Origin: Mobula hypostoma
Taxonomy: Eukaryota
Assembly (NCBI RefSeq): GCF_963921235.1
Contig: NC_086108.1
Coordinates: forward strand, 25,544,001-25,608,000
DNA length: 64,000 bases
Reading direction: 5' to 3'
The translations under genes and the position numbers were made by a program. This document shows positions 39,070 to 51,200 of this stretch, one piece after another (the stretch's first letter is position 1; each line of letters starts with the position of its first letter). The notes under the pieces are model-generated. The model saw nothing but the letters and a program-made list of their open reading frames with translations, had not been told where the DNA came from and made no database searches.

Positions 39070-40990
39070 AAACAATCAATTAGGAAGGCCATTAATGTGT
39101 TTTTCTTATTACAGGAGGATTTGGGTTCAAAACTAAAGACATTTTCTGAAAATATATAGGACCCCAGTGAGAATGTACTGGAATATTGTGTGCAGATCTG
39201 ATTTCTCTATGAAATGAAGGCATGCCAGATTTATTACTGGGATAATGAGCTTGTTGTCAGAGTGCATATAAAACAACTGGACTCATACACGAGTTTAGTT
39301 GAATGAGATATGATCCTATTGAAACACACAAAATACTAGCAGGGTCTGACAGAATATAGGGAGGGATAATGTCTCACCTGGCTTAAGAACAATAGAATAT
39401 TACACCACAGTATAGACCCTTTGGCCCACAATATTGTGCCAAACTTTTAACTTTCTCTAAGATCAATCTAACCCTTTCCTCCCACATAGCCTTCCATTTT
39501 TCTTTCATCCATGTGCTTATCAAAGAGTCTCTTATTGTCCCTGATATATTTGCCTCTAACACCAGCCCGAGGAGTGTATTATGCACACCTACCACCCTCT
39601 TTTTAAATATCTGATACACCTTCTAAATATTCTTCCTACCACTTTAAATTTTTACCCCTCATGTATTAGCCATTTCTGCCCTGGGAAAAAGTATTTGGTT
39701 GTCCATTTGATCTGTGCCTTTTATCATCTTGTACACCTCTATCAAGTCACCTCTCATCCTTCTTCACTCCAAAGCAAAAAACTCTGCCTATCTTCATAAG
39801 ACATGCTGTCTAATCCAGGCAGCATCCTGGTAAATCTTCTATGCACCCTCCCTAAAACTTTCACATCCTTCCTGTGATCAAGTAACAAAAACTGACCACA
39901 ATATTCGAAGTGTGGTCTAACCAGGCTTTTATAGAGCTGCAACATTACCTCACAGCTGTTGAACTTAGTCCCCTGTCCAATGAAGGCCAATGCACCATAT
40001 GCCTTCTCAACCATTCTATCACCTTGTGCGGCAACTTTGAGACATCTATCGACGTTGACACCAAGATTCCTCTGTTTCTCCAAACTGCTAAGAATCCTGC
40101 CATTAATCCTGAATTCATCCTTCAAGTTCGACCTCCTAAAGTGTATCACTTCACATTTTTTCCCGGATTGATCTCCACCTGCCACTTCTCAGCATAGCTC
40201 TGCATCCTACTAATGTCCCATAGAAACCAAATAACACCTGGGTGTCTAGAACCAAGGTCACAGTCTAAACATAAAGGGATGACCATTTAAGACAGAACAG
40301 ATCTCTTCAGAAAATATCTCTCACCTAGTGGGTACTAAATCTTTGGCACTATCAATCAAGTATATGCACAATCATTCAGTATATTCAAACTTTAGTTTAG
40401 ATAGTAAAGGAAATCAAAGTATATGGAATTGGTTCAGAAAGATAATGCTGAGGTTAAAAAAAGAATCGGCCATAATTTTATTGAAAGGTAGACAGGCACA
40501 AAAGTTTGAAGGTCTTCTTCTTTATGTTCTTAAATTTTGGGACTCTAAATTAAGCTAATTAGTGTTTCATCATGTAAATTATCAGTCTTGGTAGAGAGGG
40601 AACAGCTTAGTAATGGATATGTTGTTATAAGGCCATGAGACCAAAAGATACAGGAGCAGAATTAGGCCATTTGGCCCATTGAGTCTGCTCCACCATTTCC
40701 TCATGGCTGATCCATTTCCCTCTCAGCCCCAGTCTCCTGCCTTCTCCCCGTATCCTTCATGCCCTGACTAATCAAGAACCTATCAACCTCTGCCTTAAAT
40801 ATATCCAATAACATGGCCTCCACAGCCACCTATGGCAACAAATCCCACAGATTCACCACTCTCTGGCTAAAGAAATTCCTCCTTATCTCTGTTCTAATCG
40901 GAGGTCCGTCAATTCTGAGGCTGTGCCCTCTGGTCCCAGATTCCTCCACCATAGAAAACATCTTCTCCACATCCACTCTGTGGAGGCCTT
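39070..40990. mobile_element. Cluster of CR1 fragments (plus ~39070-39380 and ~40220-40530; minus ~39385-40220 and ~40630-40990)
   Basis: ORF 39754-40185 (KCEVIHF...RPHFEYC...RRFTRMLPGL) and recognisable CR1 3' UTRs. Confidence 0.8.
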
Positions 40991-42402
40991 TATGATGTTC
41001 ATTGGTGTGGATGGGGCATTACTGAAGGAGGTAAGAGCAGATAAAATAGTAATAGCTGCCATACAAGGGTGTGGAATTTTAGATCTTATCTCCTTTCCCA
41101 TTATAGATCCCACACAATCCTGCTGATTAGCGATCATATTCTCCCTGTTACCATGTGGATTTTCTTTGGTTCCTTTAGCTCCCATCCATATCTCAACCTA
41201 CTGGTTAGTGGCTTATTTGTTGATGCAAATTAATCCCAGTACAATGGGTAGTAAGAAATTAGGGATGGAGGTAAAGCAAAGCAAATAAATTGCAAGAAAA
41301 TTAGTGGGGCTATGTGACTGATAGGATTGCTGTAACTGCTGAGATTAACACGGAGGGGGGAAAATGGCCTCTTCTATCTCATTAGAATGCATTAGAATAA
41401 TCTGTTCAGTGATACATCAAAGAAACTCTGTGCTTTCCCCTTCACTTGGAACATGCTATTGCCAGCATAATGCGAACCATTAATGAAAGTGGGTGGGAGG
41501 ATGTTGTGTGCACTGCTCCATAACAATTGAGTACTATCAGTATCTGGGTCTAAACCTGTAGGTTTCTGCTTTAACTGCTCCATGGAATTTCAAATTATGG
41601 TAATCAGCAATTAGAGCATGATCTTACACTAAATTTATACTTTGAAACGGCTCTAACTTGTTAACAGTGCAACCATTTGGAACATGCTTCTGTCCTTTGG
41701 CTATAATAAATTCTTAACGTAAAATAAAAACTGAAAATACTGGAAAAACACAGCAAGGGAAACAGATCAATTTAGATGAAGGGTCTTCAACCTAAAACAT
41801 TAACTCTGTTTCTCTTGGTACAGATCCAGCCAGACCCACTGAATGTTTCTTTCATTTTCTGTTCTTATTCAAGATTTCCAATATCTGTGTGTGATTTTTT
41901 AAAATTTAAACTCCTAGCATCTTGAACTTGTAGTTCTTTTGTTCTCTATTTCTCTTGAAGTCACCTGAAGTTGGATATCATGGCTTGCCAAGTATTTCCA
42001 ACACATTTCCAATTAGGATAACCTCCATAACGTTCCAACAGAATCTATGATTTCTTGTCTTTTATTGTACAAGCTCCAGGAAGAAGAAAACAGATTTTGG
42101 CTGTCTAATAGGGCAAAAGAGTAGCTGCACTCAAAGCCAGAATTTCACAGAACCTAATTATTTTTAAAAACAGAAAATTCAACTGCCACTAGTGTCTGAA
42201 AGAGTGAACCATATTGCTTTAATTTGGTGATGTGGCTATTGACTTCATAAGGTTTATAAGGTTTCATAGATTAAATGATTATATAGATTTTAAAGAGGCA
42301 CACTTGGAACTAAGGAATGGCAAACACAGCAAATTCGCAGGATTAAGGTGGTTGGGTGGAGATATGTCTCTACTAAACGAATTGTTTGGCACTTCTTCCC
42401 TT

Positions 42403-42930
42403 CTTGGAGTACGGTGTCAGGTTCTGGTCACCTCACTATAGGAAGGATGTGGAAGCATTGGAAAGGGTACAGAGGAGATTTACCAGGATGCTGCCTGGTT
42501 TAGAAAGTATGCATTATGATCAGAGATTAAGGGAGCTAGGGCTTTACTCTTTGGAGAGAAGGAGGATGAGAGGAGACATGATAGAGGTGTACAAGATAAT
42601 AAGAGGAATAGATAGAATGGATAGCCAGCGCCTCTTCCCCAGGGCACCACTGCTCAATACAAGAGGACATGGCTTTAAGGTAAGGGGTGGGAAGTTCAAG
42701 GGGGATATTAGAGGAAGGTTTTTTACTCAGAGAGTGGTTGGTGCGTGGAATGCACTGCCTGAGTCAGTGGTGGAGGCAGATACACTAGTGAAGTTTAAGA
42801 GACTACTAGACAGGTATATGGAGGAATTTAAGGTGGGGGTTTATATGGGAGGCAGGGTTTGAGGGTCGGCACAACATTGTGGGCTGAAGGGCCTGTACTG
42901 TGCTGTACTATTCTATGTTCTATGTTCTAT
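42403..42930 (+). mobile_element. Young CR1 3' fragment, near-identical to 7009-7533 in opposite orientation
   Basis: ORF 42386-42862 is almost the same peptide as the C-terminal half of 7074-7970; (TTCTATG)n tail. Confidence 0.95.
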
Positions 42931-43297
42931 ATTAAAATGAAAATGAAGAGTTAGAGGATGCAATTGTCTATTGCATTGTATGAAGGCAATCTATTATCTG
43001 CACTAGGTGTCTGTGCTGACTTTGTTAATTCACTTCCAAATCAAAAGAACATGTACCCTGGATGAATTCCTCTATTGATAAATATTAGGAGCTAATACAG
43101 AGTTTTATAGTACTGTAATAGTATTCATAGTATTCAAATTTGTTCTGTATTTCATTTAAGTACATAATTTGTTATTCAGTTAAATAGTAGTTTGTCTTTT
43201 TAAAAATCTTTTAAACTATTTTAGTTAATTGGGGCCGCTACTCAATTGGGCCAAAATATACTGGTTCTGATGTGTCCCAATTAATTGGAATCCACTG
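42931..43297 (+). mobile_element. Truncated Tigger/pogo-type non-autonomous element
   Basis: Ends TGTGTCCCAATTAATTGGAATCCACTG|TA; homologous to the 3' part of 46807-48050. Confidence 0.7.
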
Positions 43298-46039
43298 TAT
43301 TCCATTCACTAAAATAAGCATTTAAAATATATATGAATCTCATAGATTATTACAGTATTTCTATTTCTAGAAGTCTTGTGTAATATTGTCTAATCATTAG
43401 TTAACTTCATTGCATTATTCCCCAGTTACAGTAGAAACAAAGTGTTTGATATCTCCACCATATGGTATTACTAATGCTATTTTCTGACAATCAAAAGCGC
43501 TGCACAGTTCAAACTGCGATAACGCTCATTGTGACATTTCTGTCTTCTTTCAAAAAATCACTTTCATCAAAGTCGAAGAAAGTTCTTTACTGAATTATTA
43601 ACCTTTTAGATGCCTATCAACCCAGGGTACAACCTGTTTTCTTCGTACTTTAAATTCCTGAGTCATGCAGCTGAAAAATTCCATTTGTGTTTTGAACAAC
43701 CTACTAATAATTAGGGCAGCTGTTTAATTCGGCCAAAATATACTGGGCCAACAATCTACCACGGCTGATCTTTTTTTTCAGTGTAAACTTATGATGCTGC
43801 TCCCCAGTGTAGAAAAAAAGCACACAAACCTCAACAGCAAAGCAATCCTTCTCCTCTATATGTCACCGAAAAGTGTACCTACAAAACTATCATCCTTTTG
43901 GCTTTTATGATTAATGTTCTGGAATGTGAGAGCAGAACTACAAAAAAAAACAACAGCAATAAATTTAATGCACTTCAGCCATTTTGAAGTTTAGAAGCCA
44001 AAATGGGCTGGATCTGTGATCCTTGCTGCAGCAACTGACTTTTTCTTGATTTCAGCAGAAATAATTAATGAGAAACATCTTCAAACAGCTGTTTCTGCTA
44101 ATGGAGCTTTCTGCTGATGGGTGTTTGTAGATAGAGAGGTTTCTAATCAAGTGCAAAAAGGTATCAGATTGAAAGACTATTTTCCTTGTCCTTGAACCAA
44201 TGCTTCATCCACCACTTTATTAATCACTTGTTAAGATTTTGCTTAAGCACGATTCTGCTCTTGGTAAATCAGTGTGTAACATGAGAAACACTTCAGTTTA
44301 GACTCCCAGTCTGCCTCATTATTCTGTTCCTGTCCTCGGTTAATTTACTGTTAAATAAATACTCAGGGGACCAAGTTATTGATGACCAATGGGGCTTGTC
44401 ATCATTTATTCCAAGTCAATATTGGCTGAAGTCAACTACACTGTACAATCAATATCAAGATGGGTAAAAGACTCAAAGGTGTTTGAAGCTGTGTTGACAG
44501 TGTCTTGGTAGAAAAATGCTCATGTTAAAGGTTACATTAATTCATAATACGTGACCATCACTGGCAAGGCCAGCATACATTGCTCATCCCTTACGCTGCT
44601 GGAACCGATTGCCACTGGTCCATTTCAGAAGCCAGTTAAAAGGTTTACTAAATTGCGATGAGATCGGGAGGCAAGACACTGGCACAGCTCAGCAATTCAA
44701 GTTCAGTCTTGACCTCTGGTGTTGACTGCATGGAGATTGCACATTCTCACTGTGACTGCACGGTTTGTCTTCCAGTGTGGTGCTGGTTGGTAAGTTAATT
44801 GGTAACTTGGTAACTGGTGACTTGGTAATTGGTAACTCTAGTGCAAGTTGAAGTTCATGTTCAAGGTCCAAGTTTATTGTCATTCCACCGTATACATGTA
44901 TACATGTATACCACCAAATGAAACAATGTCCCTTTGGATCAAGCTGCACAGCACAGAATATGTAATTCACACACAACACATGAAGTAATATTACCACAAA
45001 TAAATTAAATAATGGGTCACATTTATTACTTAACTATTGTGTAGGTGTAATGAGCTGGTTTATTCAGACCCAAGCACAACAAAGTAACTTAAGCCTAATT
45101 TATTATCATAAAATAGAAAGCACAAATAAACCACTAAGTAGTAATGCCAAAGATTTCTACAAAACTTTTAGCGCTCATGATTTTTAGTCACCACTTGATT
45201 GTCACTTTTGTTCAGGGGAACTCCAAATTCTAACTCACTAGTGAAACTACCCCTGGGTCCCAGGCACCAATTGCCTCTGAGCAAAGTCCAACAACCCAGG
45301 GAAGGTACCCCAATAAACATGTAAACATGTTTTTCACAAGCATAGAGAGACAGACAGAAACAGACAAACTCTTTGATATTTTGTTCTCATGCCTACTTTC
45401 TTTCATTCAAACAATACATATGTTCATTAACACAGTGTTCAGCACACCATCATAAATCAATTAGGCACTTTAACTGTCACTCCTCATTCATTAATCTACC
45501 AACATTTTTGATACAATATTCCTTGAACTTACTGGGGAGTATTAATTTTACATTTAAGTGATAAGCCCGAATGTAAAAAAGAAACCACCTAGCCAATTTG
45601 ACTGAACTAAGAAAGAACCCATCAACCTACTCTCAATGTGACCAACACACATTTAGTCGTTAACAGACATCTTCATATTAGTGATGCCTGACTAAGAAAA
45701 ATCCAGCTGCTCTTAACCAACATTATACGTTGATGTACTGCAGTGTTTGCATAGTATAGACACTCTACATGCTGCAAGCTCACTAAGAGTTAAATTATCA
45801 TTTTGAACTGTTCAGACATTCATTCAATGTTTTACAAAATGTAACATAACACAGTGGGTGAATGGCAGAATGCAGAGAGATCTAAGAAAATATGGGGAGG
45901 ATAAAATAGGTCTAATGTAGGATTAGTGTAGTGGGTGCTTGATGGTTGGTGTGGTTTCATTGGGCTGAAGGGCCTGTATTCTGTCTTATTCTATGAATTT
46001 ATACATAAAGACAAAAAGGTTACATAAAGACTAGAATAG

Positions 46040-46323
46040 TGTCAGAAATATAGCAGAGGCTTGACCAAAAAGCAAAGCAACAAAGTTGATTCAGCGATAA
46101 ATAGTAGCTTTAGCAATAGACTGCGAAAATAACATACCATGAGGGGCCACAAAACAAGAGAGAACAGATACTAACCATCACAAGAAATGGGGTAACTGTG
46201 GCTGGTTGGTTCGATGGGTGAAGCACTGTGGGTGAGAGCTGGGTTTAAATAGGCTGCAGGTGACGAGTTGGAAATGAGTGGCTGGGTGAGTACTGGGAGG
46301 TGCCTGGCTGTGCAGGCCTGACA
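46040..46323. mobile_element. Solo LTR (284 bp) with 5-bp TSD
   Basis: TGTCAG...CTGACA inverted termini flanked by AATAG at 46035-46039 and 46324-46328. Confidence 0.8.
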
Positions 46324-46806
46324 AATAGTAATGATTAAGGATTGATTCCCTTAAAATATAGCTTTTCAAGGGGGGGTTTGAGCAATTTAGGAATGTTTAC
46401 ATACTGTATTATTTTTATTCCAGATTTATTTAACTTCCCCAAGTTGTTATGATAGGATTGAAAGCGTCTCCATATTATAAAGATAATAAATTAAGCACAA
46501 TGGAGACATAAGGGACTGCAGCTGTTATGTTCTGGAGTGGAGATAAACAAAAAACAAACTGCTGGAGGAACTCAGCAGGTCAAACAGCATCTGTAGAAAC
46601 AGAAGGACAGTCACTGTTTTTGGATGTGACCCTCCATCAAGACAAGCATTGGCTCATGAGGGCGACTGTTGAGTTTCAAAAGTAGTTGTGAATTTAGACA
46701 ATCCAGAACATTGGGTGTTGAAACTAGTTTGTGTGGCAGCTATCTTCCTGGTAGTACTATCCTACACAGATGCAGGAAGAAAACAAACCGTTGTCTCAAG
46801 TAGCTA

Positions 46807-48050
46807 CAATGGATTCCAGTTAATTGGAACAATGGTTAATCAGAGCAGCTATGTATTTGGGAACAGGTCAAGAAGATAGCCAGGATTCTTTTTGTTTATT
46901 TGGGACACTATGTTGCTTAATTGGGAAAGGAGACAGTTGCCAGATTTTAACTTGTGTCAGCCACATGAATTGTGTGGCTATTCCACACTACACTGGGCTT
47001 AGAGTGAACAGTTTTAAAATAGCACCAGTTGTGCATATTTGTGTTCAAAAAGCAGTGATATTTGACACTGACAGTTGGAGCGGAATAAGTAATATAATTA
47101 AGAACTGCTTTCCTCACTGCATTTTCAAGCATTCAGACTTGGAGATGCCAGAGATGACTGGGAGTGAAAAATGAAATGAGTTTGTTACTTCGGCAAGTTA
47201 GAAACTACAAAGATTTCGAAGTTTTTGAATGATACAATTAAAATGAAGATTTGGAGGAAAGGATTGTATGAAGGCAGTACTAATTTTGTTCATTTACAGT
47301 CAACCAAAAGAACACAGCAGTGTGTTGGTTATCCACTGTATCTGAGAATGACAGTGAAACATGTGCAGAGAGTTTTTAGAGTGGAAAAGCTGACACACTC
47401 TCTTGAACTTGGAGCTCCGGGTCCAGTGGTAAGAGTAGTCATCACAAACTGGGCTCTTCCTTGTCTGCAATGGAAATGCAAGACTTTTTCTGTGACCTAT
47501 CATGCCATTCACTCTCCATGAAGCATTGTAGAACTGCCTTCTTGGCCATTGATCTCATCAATCCAATCCAGTGGAGCAGCCTTACATGCTAGGACAGGCA
47601 TGTCCCTATTTCACTGGGGTATGAGGCCTGCTGGCTACCCCCACCTGGTTTAGCCCACCTGTCAAAGTGGTGTACCAGGATGTGACAGCTGAATGGAGCC
47701 AGTGGTGAGAGCTAAATATCTGGGGGGGACCAAAGGTAAGTGAGCTGCCCCAGAATGGACATGACAAGCCCCTTCACCTGTGGTGCTACCCTTCCCTGGA
47801 CACCCATTACACGACAACATACACTGGATGAATTTCTCCATCAGTGACTATTAGGAACTAATACACAGCTTTATACTACTGAAGTAGCATTGGTAGTGTT
47901 TGAATTTGTTCTGTAATTCATTTAAATACATAAGTTTTTACTCAGTTAGATGGTAGGTTGCCTTTTTTTATACCTTTTAATTATTTCCATGAAACTTCAG
48001 CTAAATGGGCTAAAATGTCCTGATGTGTCCCAATTAAGCAGAATCCACTG
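46807..48050 (+). mobile_element. Tigger/pogo-type non-autonomous DNA transposon with a nested RTE-like insert (~47315-47815)
   Basis: TA|CAATGGATTCCAGTTAATTGG ... CCAATTAAGCAGAATCCACTG|TA termini; internal IKNCFPHC resembles a Tigger transposase C-terminus. Confidence 0.78.
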
Positions 48051-48073
48051 TATATAAAAATACGTGTTTATTT

Positions 48074-48318
48074 GGCAGCACAGTAATGTAGCAGTCAGCA
48101 TAACAGCATTACACTGCCAGAGACCCAGGTTAAATTCCGCCTCTGTCTATAAGGAGTTTGTACATTCTGTCCTTGACTGTGGGAGTTCCCTCCGGGTGTT
48201 CTGGTTCATTCCCACATTCTAAAGACATATGGGCTAGAAGGTTAATCTGTGTAATGGGGCAGTGTGGGCTTGAAGGACCTGTTACTGCATTGTATTTCTA
48301 AACAAATAAATAAATAAA
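48074..48318 (+). mobile_element. V-SINE
   Basis: tRNA-like head, CTCCGGGTGTTCTGGTT...CCCACATTCTAAAGAC core, (TAAA)n tail. Confidence 0.8.
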
Positions 48319-50149
48319 TTGACATCATCACCCTCTACATTTGCAAACAAAAGACCAAATGGTCAAGACTGGCTTTTCAGGGGGAAAAAAAACTTCCCAT
48401 AATAATATACTGATAGGACTGAATTTCTAGATTACATTCCATGTTCAACAACTGAAGGTAAATAGGTGAACTAAACATGGTCTCAGCAAGAATAGGATTA
48501 TTCCTTCAAACTCACAATGGAGGAATCAATTGTCGCTCATTGCACCTCTTGTTACTGTGACCTCTAACATGTAATGCCCAGCCCTGCCCCTCAGCCTTTG
48601 ATCCTATCCCTGGTTCTCCAAAGCTACGTGCTGGAGTTTGAGCGCATAATTCAGGGCTTTCAGCACTTCGTCAAAGAAGCAGATTATAACGTTCCAAGTC
48701 TTGAGAATCTCATTACTTTCAAAGCACTGAAAAATAAACTTCCATCTTCACAGTCCCAAACCCACACCACGTGAAGAATGAATTCAGACTTTAGTAGCTA
48801 GTAATCCTTGAGCTGTGCATTAAAATAAAGAACAGTGCAATCTATCTTAATTTCAATAGGACAAAGGAGAGTAAAATAGCATATCGAAAAAAAGAATCTG
48901 TAGTGTGGTGAGAGAAAGGAAACTTAGAATACGTACTGGTGGATGTCGATTTGATTGAAAGTGAGGAAATAAACTGGTTACAGAAAACATTCAGGGCTGT
49001 AATACAATAAAAAAGCTCCTACTCTTCCTACCAAACTTCAGCAGTGGGAAAGGACATTAGAAATTGGCTAGAAGGTTCATAAACAGAGGTGTTTTTTTTT
49101 CAAAGTTAAGGAAAATACCTCTGTCACTATATTTAGTATGAATGGGGAGTGTGGAGAATTTTCAAAAGTTTTGCTGCAAAATTGCTTCTTGCTAGTTACT
49201 TCTTCTCCATGGAAAAAAGTATTTCTAATTGCTTAGAGACGTTAGGCTGATGAGGGCGAATTAAAACTCCACAAAATAAAGTTCCTATATTTACTTAATG
49301 GAACAGGGAGATCTGTTTGACATAGAAAATACATTAATCTACCCGTTATTTGAAACTTCCAGTCAGAATTCTCCACAAAGAATCTTCTATCAGATTTCTC
49401 TGTTGTTACACAGTATGCTTAATATCATTGACAGTAGAGTCTCCCAAAGCTCAGTATCAATGCCTGAGCCTGTACTTTGAAGCATGCTGATTATTAGTGA
49501 GGAGTTACAGGACTTGGGGAAGCTATGCTGATTGATTTTGCTGTGCAATAACCAAAAATTCCAGGCAAAATGAATTAGAAACATCAAATAAAATATTTGA
49601 AGTCATTGTTTCCATTTGAAGTAAAAGGAATCTCACCTGAATTCTACCTACAGTTACCTCTCAGAATACAGTGTAAGTTGGAAGTAAAATGGAATGGAGA
49701 TGCCTGCGAGTCAATATTACTAGATCAATAATGTTAACAGAAAATTTGCCTGAATGCTTTATGATAAGTTGGTGATTGTAACTTACTGCTTTCCCCCAAC
49801 TTGCTTTCATCTTCATTTCTAAACTAAAATCTTTAGAAGAGTGTTCTGCTAAAACCATGGAGCCCAGTTTTCATGTATGTTCACACATCCTTTCTGTAAC
49901 TATGTGGCAGTAGGAAGACTCAAAGCAGAAAGCTTCATCAAGATTTGTGAAAAAGTTTAGAACTTTGGCACCATTATTTTAGAATCTCTAGTGAGTGCAT
50001 TTTCTGAGGATTGAATAGAAACTTCTGTCTCTTCTATGCAGAGATGGCATTAAAATTCTGCTCAGAGTTGCTTCATTTAAAAATGCAAGTACATTTTCTC
50101 ATCACCCAATAGTTTTCCTCATTCTGCTCATCTTTTAGCTGTCCATCAT

Positions 50150-50680
50150 CAAAGTTGAAATTTCAAAGTAAGTTTATTATTAAAGTACATTTATGTCACC
50201 ATATATAATCTTAAGATTTGTTTTCTTGCGGGCATACTCAATAAATCTATAATAGAATTATAACCATAATAGAATCAATGAAGATCGCAACATTTTGGGT
50301 GTTAACCAACGTGCAAAACAAAACAAATACAAAAAGAAAGAAGAAATAATAATAAAAAGTAAGCAATACATATCAAGAACATGAGATGAAGAGTCCTAAA
50401 GGTTGTGGGAACATCTCAATGATGGGGCAAGTGAAGTTGAGTAAATTTATCCTCTTCAGTTTAAGAGCCTGATGGTTAAGGGGTAATAACTGTTCCTGAA
50501 CCTGGTGGAGTGAGTTGAGTCCTGAGGGTCCTGTACCTTCTTCTTGATGGTAGTAGTGAGAAGACTGCATGTCCTGGGTGGTGAGGGGCCCTGGTGATGA
50601 ATGCTGCTTTCCTGTGACAATATTTTGTGTAGATGTGCTCAATGGTAGGGACAGCTTTACCTGAGATGGACTAGGCCATT
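50150..50680 (-). mobile_element. Rex1/Babar LINE 3' fragment
   Basis: Homologous to 26785-27210 and 1134-1518. Confidence 0.75.
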
Positions 50681-50754
50681 GGCTGCATTTCTTCCCTGTT
50701 GTGCGAAACTCTGCTTGAAGTTCTTAGCCATCAGACCTCTGAGGCAACAGAACA

Positions 50755-51200
50755 ACACACACAAAATGCTGGAGGAACTCAGCAGGCCAGGTAGCATCTA
50801 GGAAAAGAGTACAATCAATGTTTCAGGCTGAGACCCTTTGGCAGGTCTGGGAAAAAAAAGCTGAGGAGTAGATTTAAAAGGTGGGGGGAGGGGAGAGAGA
50901 AGCACGAGGTGATAGGTGAAAGCTGAAGAGAAAGGTGATGAAATAAAGAGCTGGGAAATTGGTGAAAGAGGCAGAAGGCAATGGAAGAATGGAAAGGGAG
51001 GAGGAGCACTAGAGGGAGATGATGGGTGGGAAGGAGATTAGGTGAGAGTGGGAAAAGGGGATAGGAAATGGTGAAGGAGAGGTGAGGTGGGGGGCATTAA
51101 CGGAAGTTTGAGAAATTGATGTTCATACCATCAGGATGGAGACTTCCCAAACAGAAAATAAGGTGTTGATCCTCCAACCTAAGTGTGGCCTCATCATTTT
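50755..51200 (-). mobile_element. Penelope pLTR-derived fragment
   Basis: CACAAAATGCTGGAGGAACTCAGCAGGCCAG..., purine-rich tract, AAATTGATGTTCATACCATCAGG...AAGGTGTTGATCCTCC (end of the GIY-YIG ORF). Confidence 0.8.

Noticed and set aside
44785..44840. Short (TGGTAA..)n repeats; also duplications at 5603-5650 and 29603-29640
   Set aside because: Slippage repeats with no spacers, in a eukaryotic context; not CRISPR-like.
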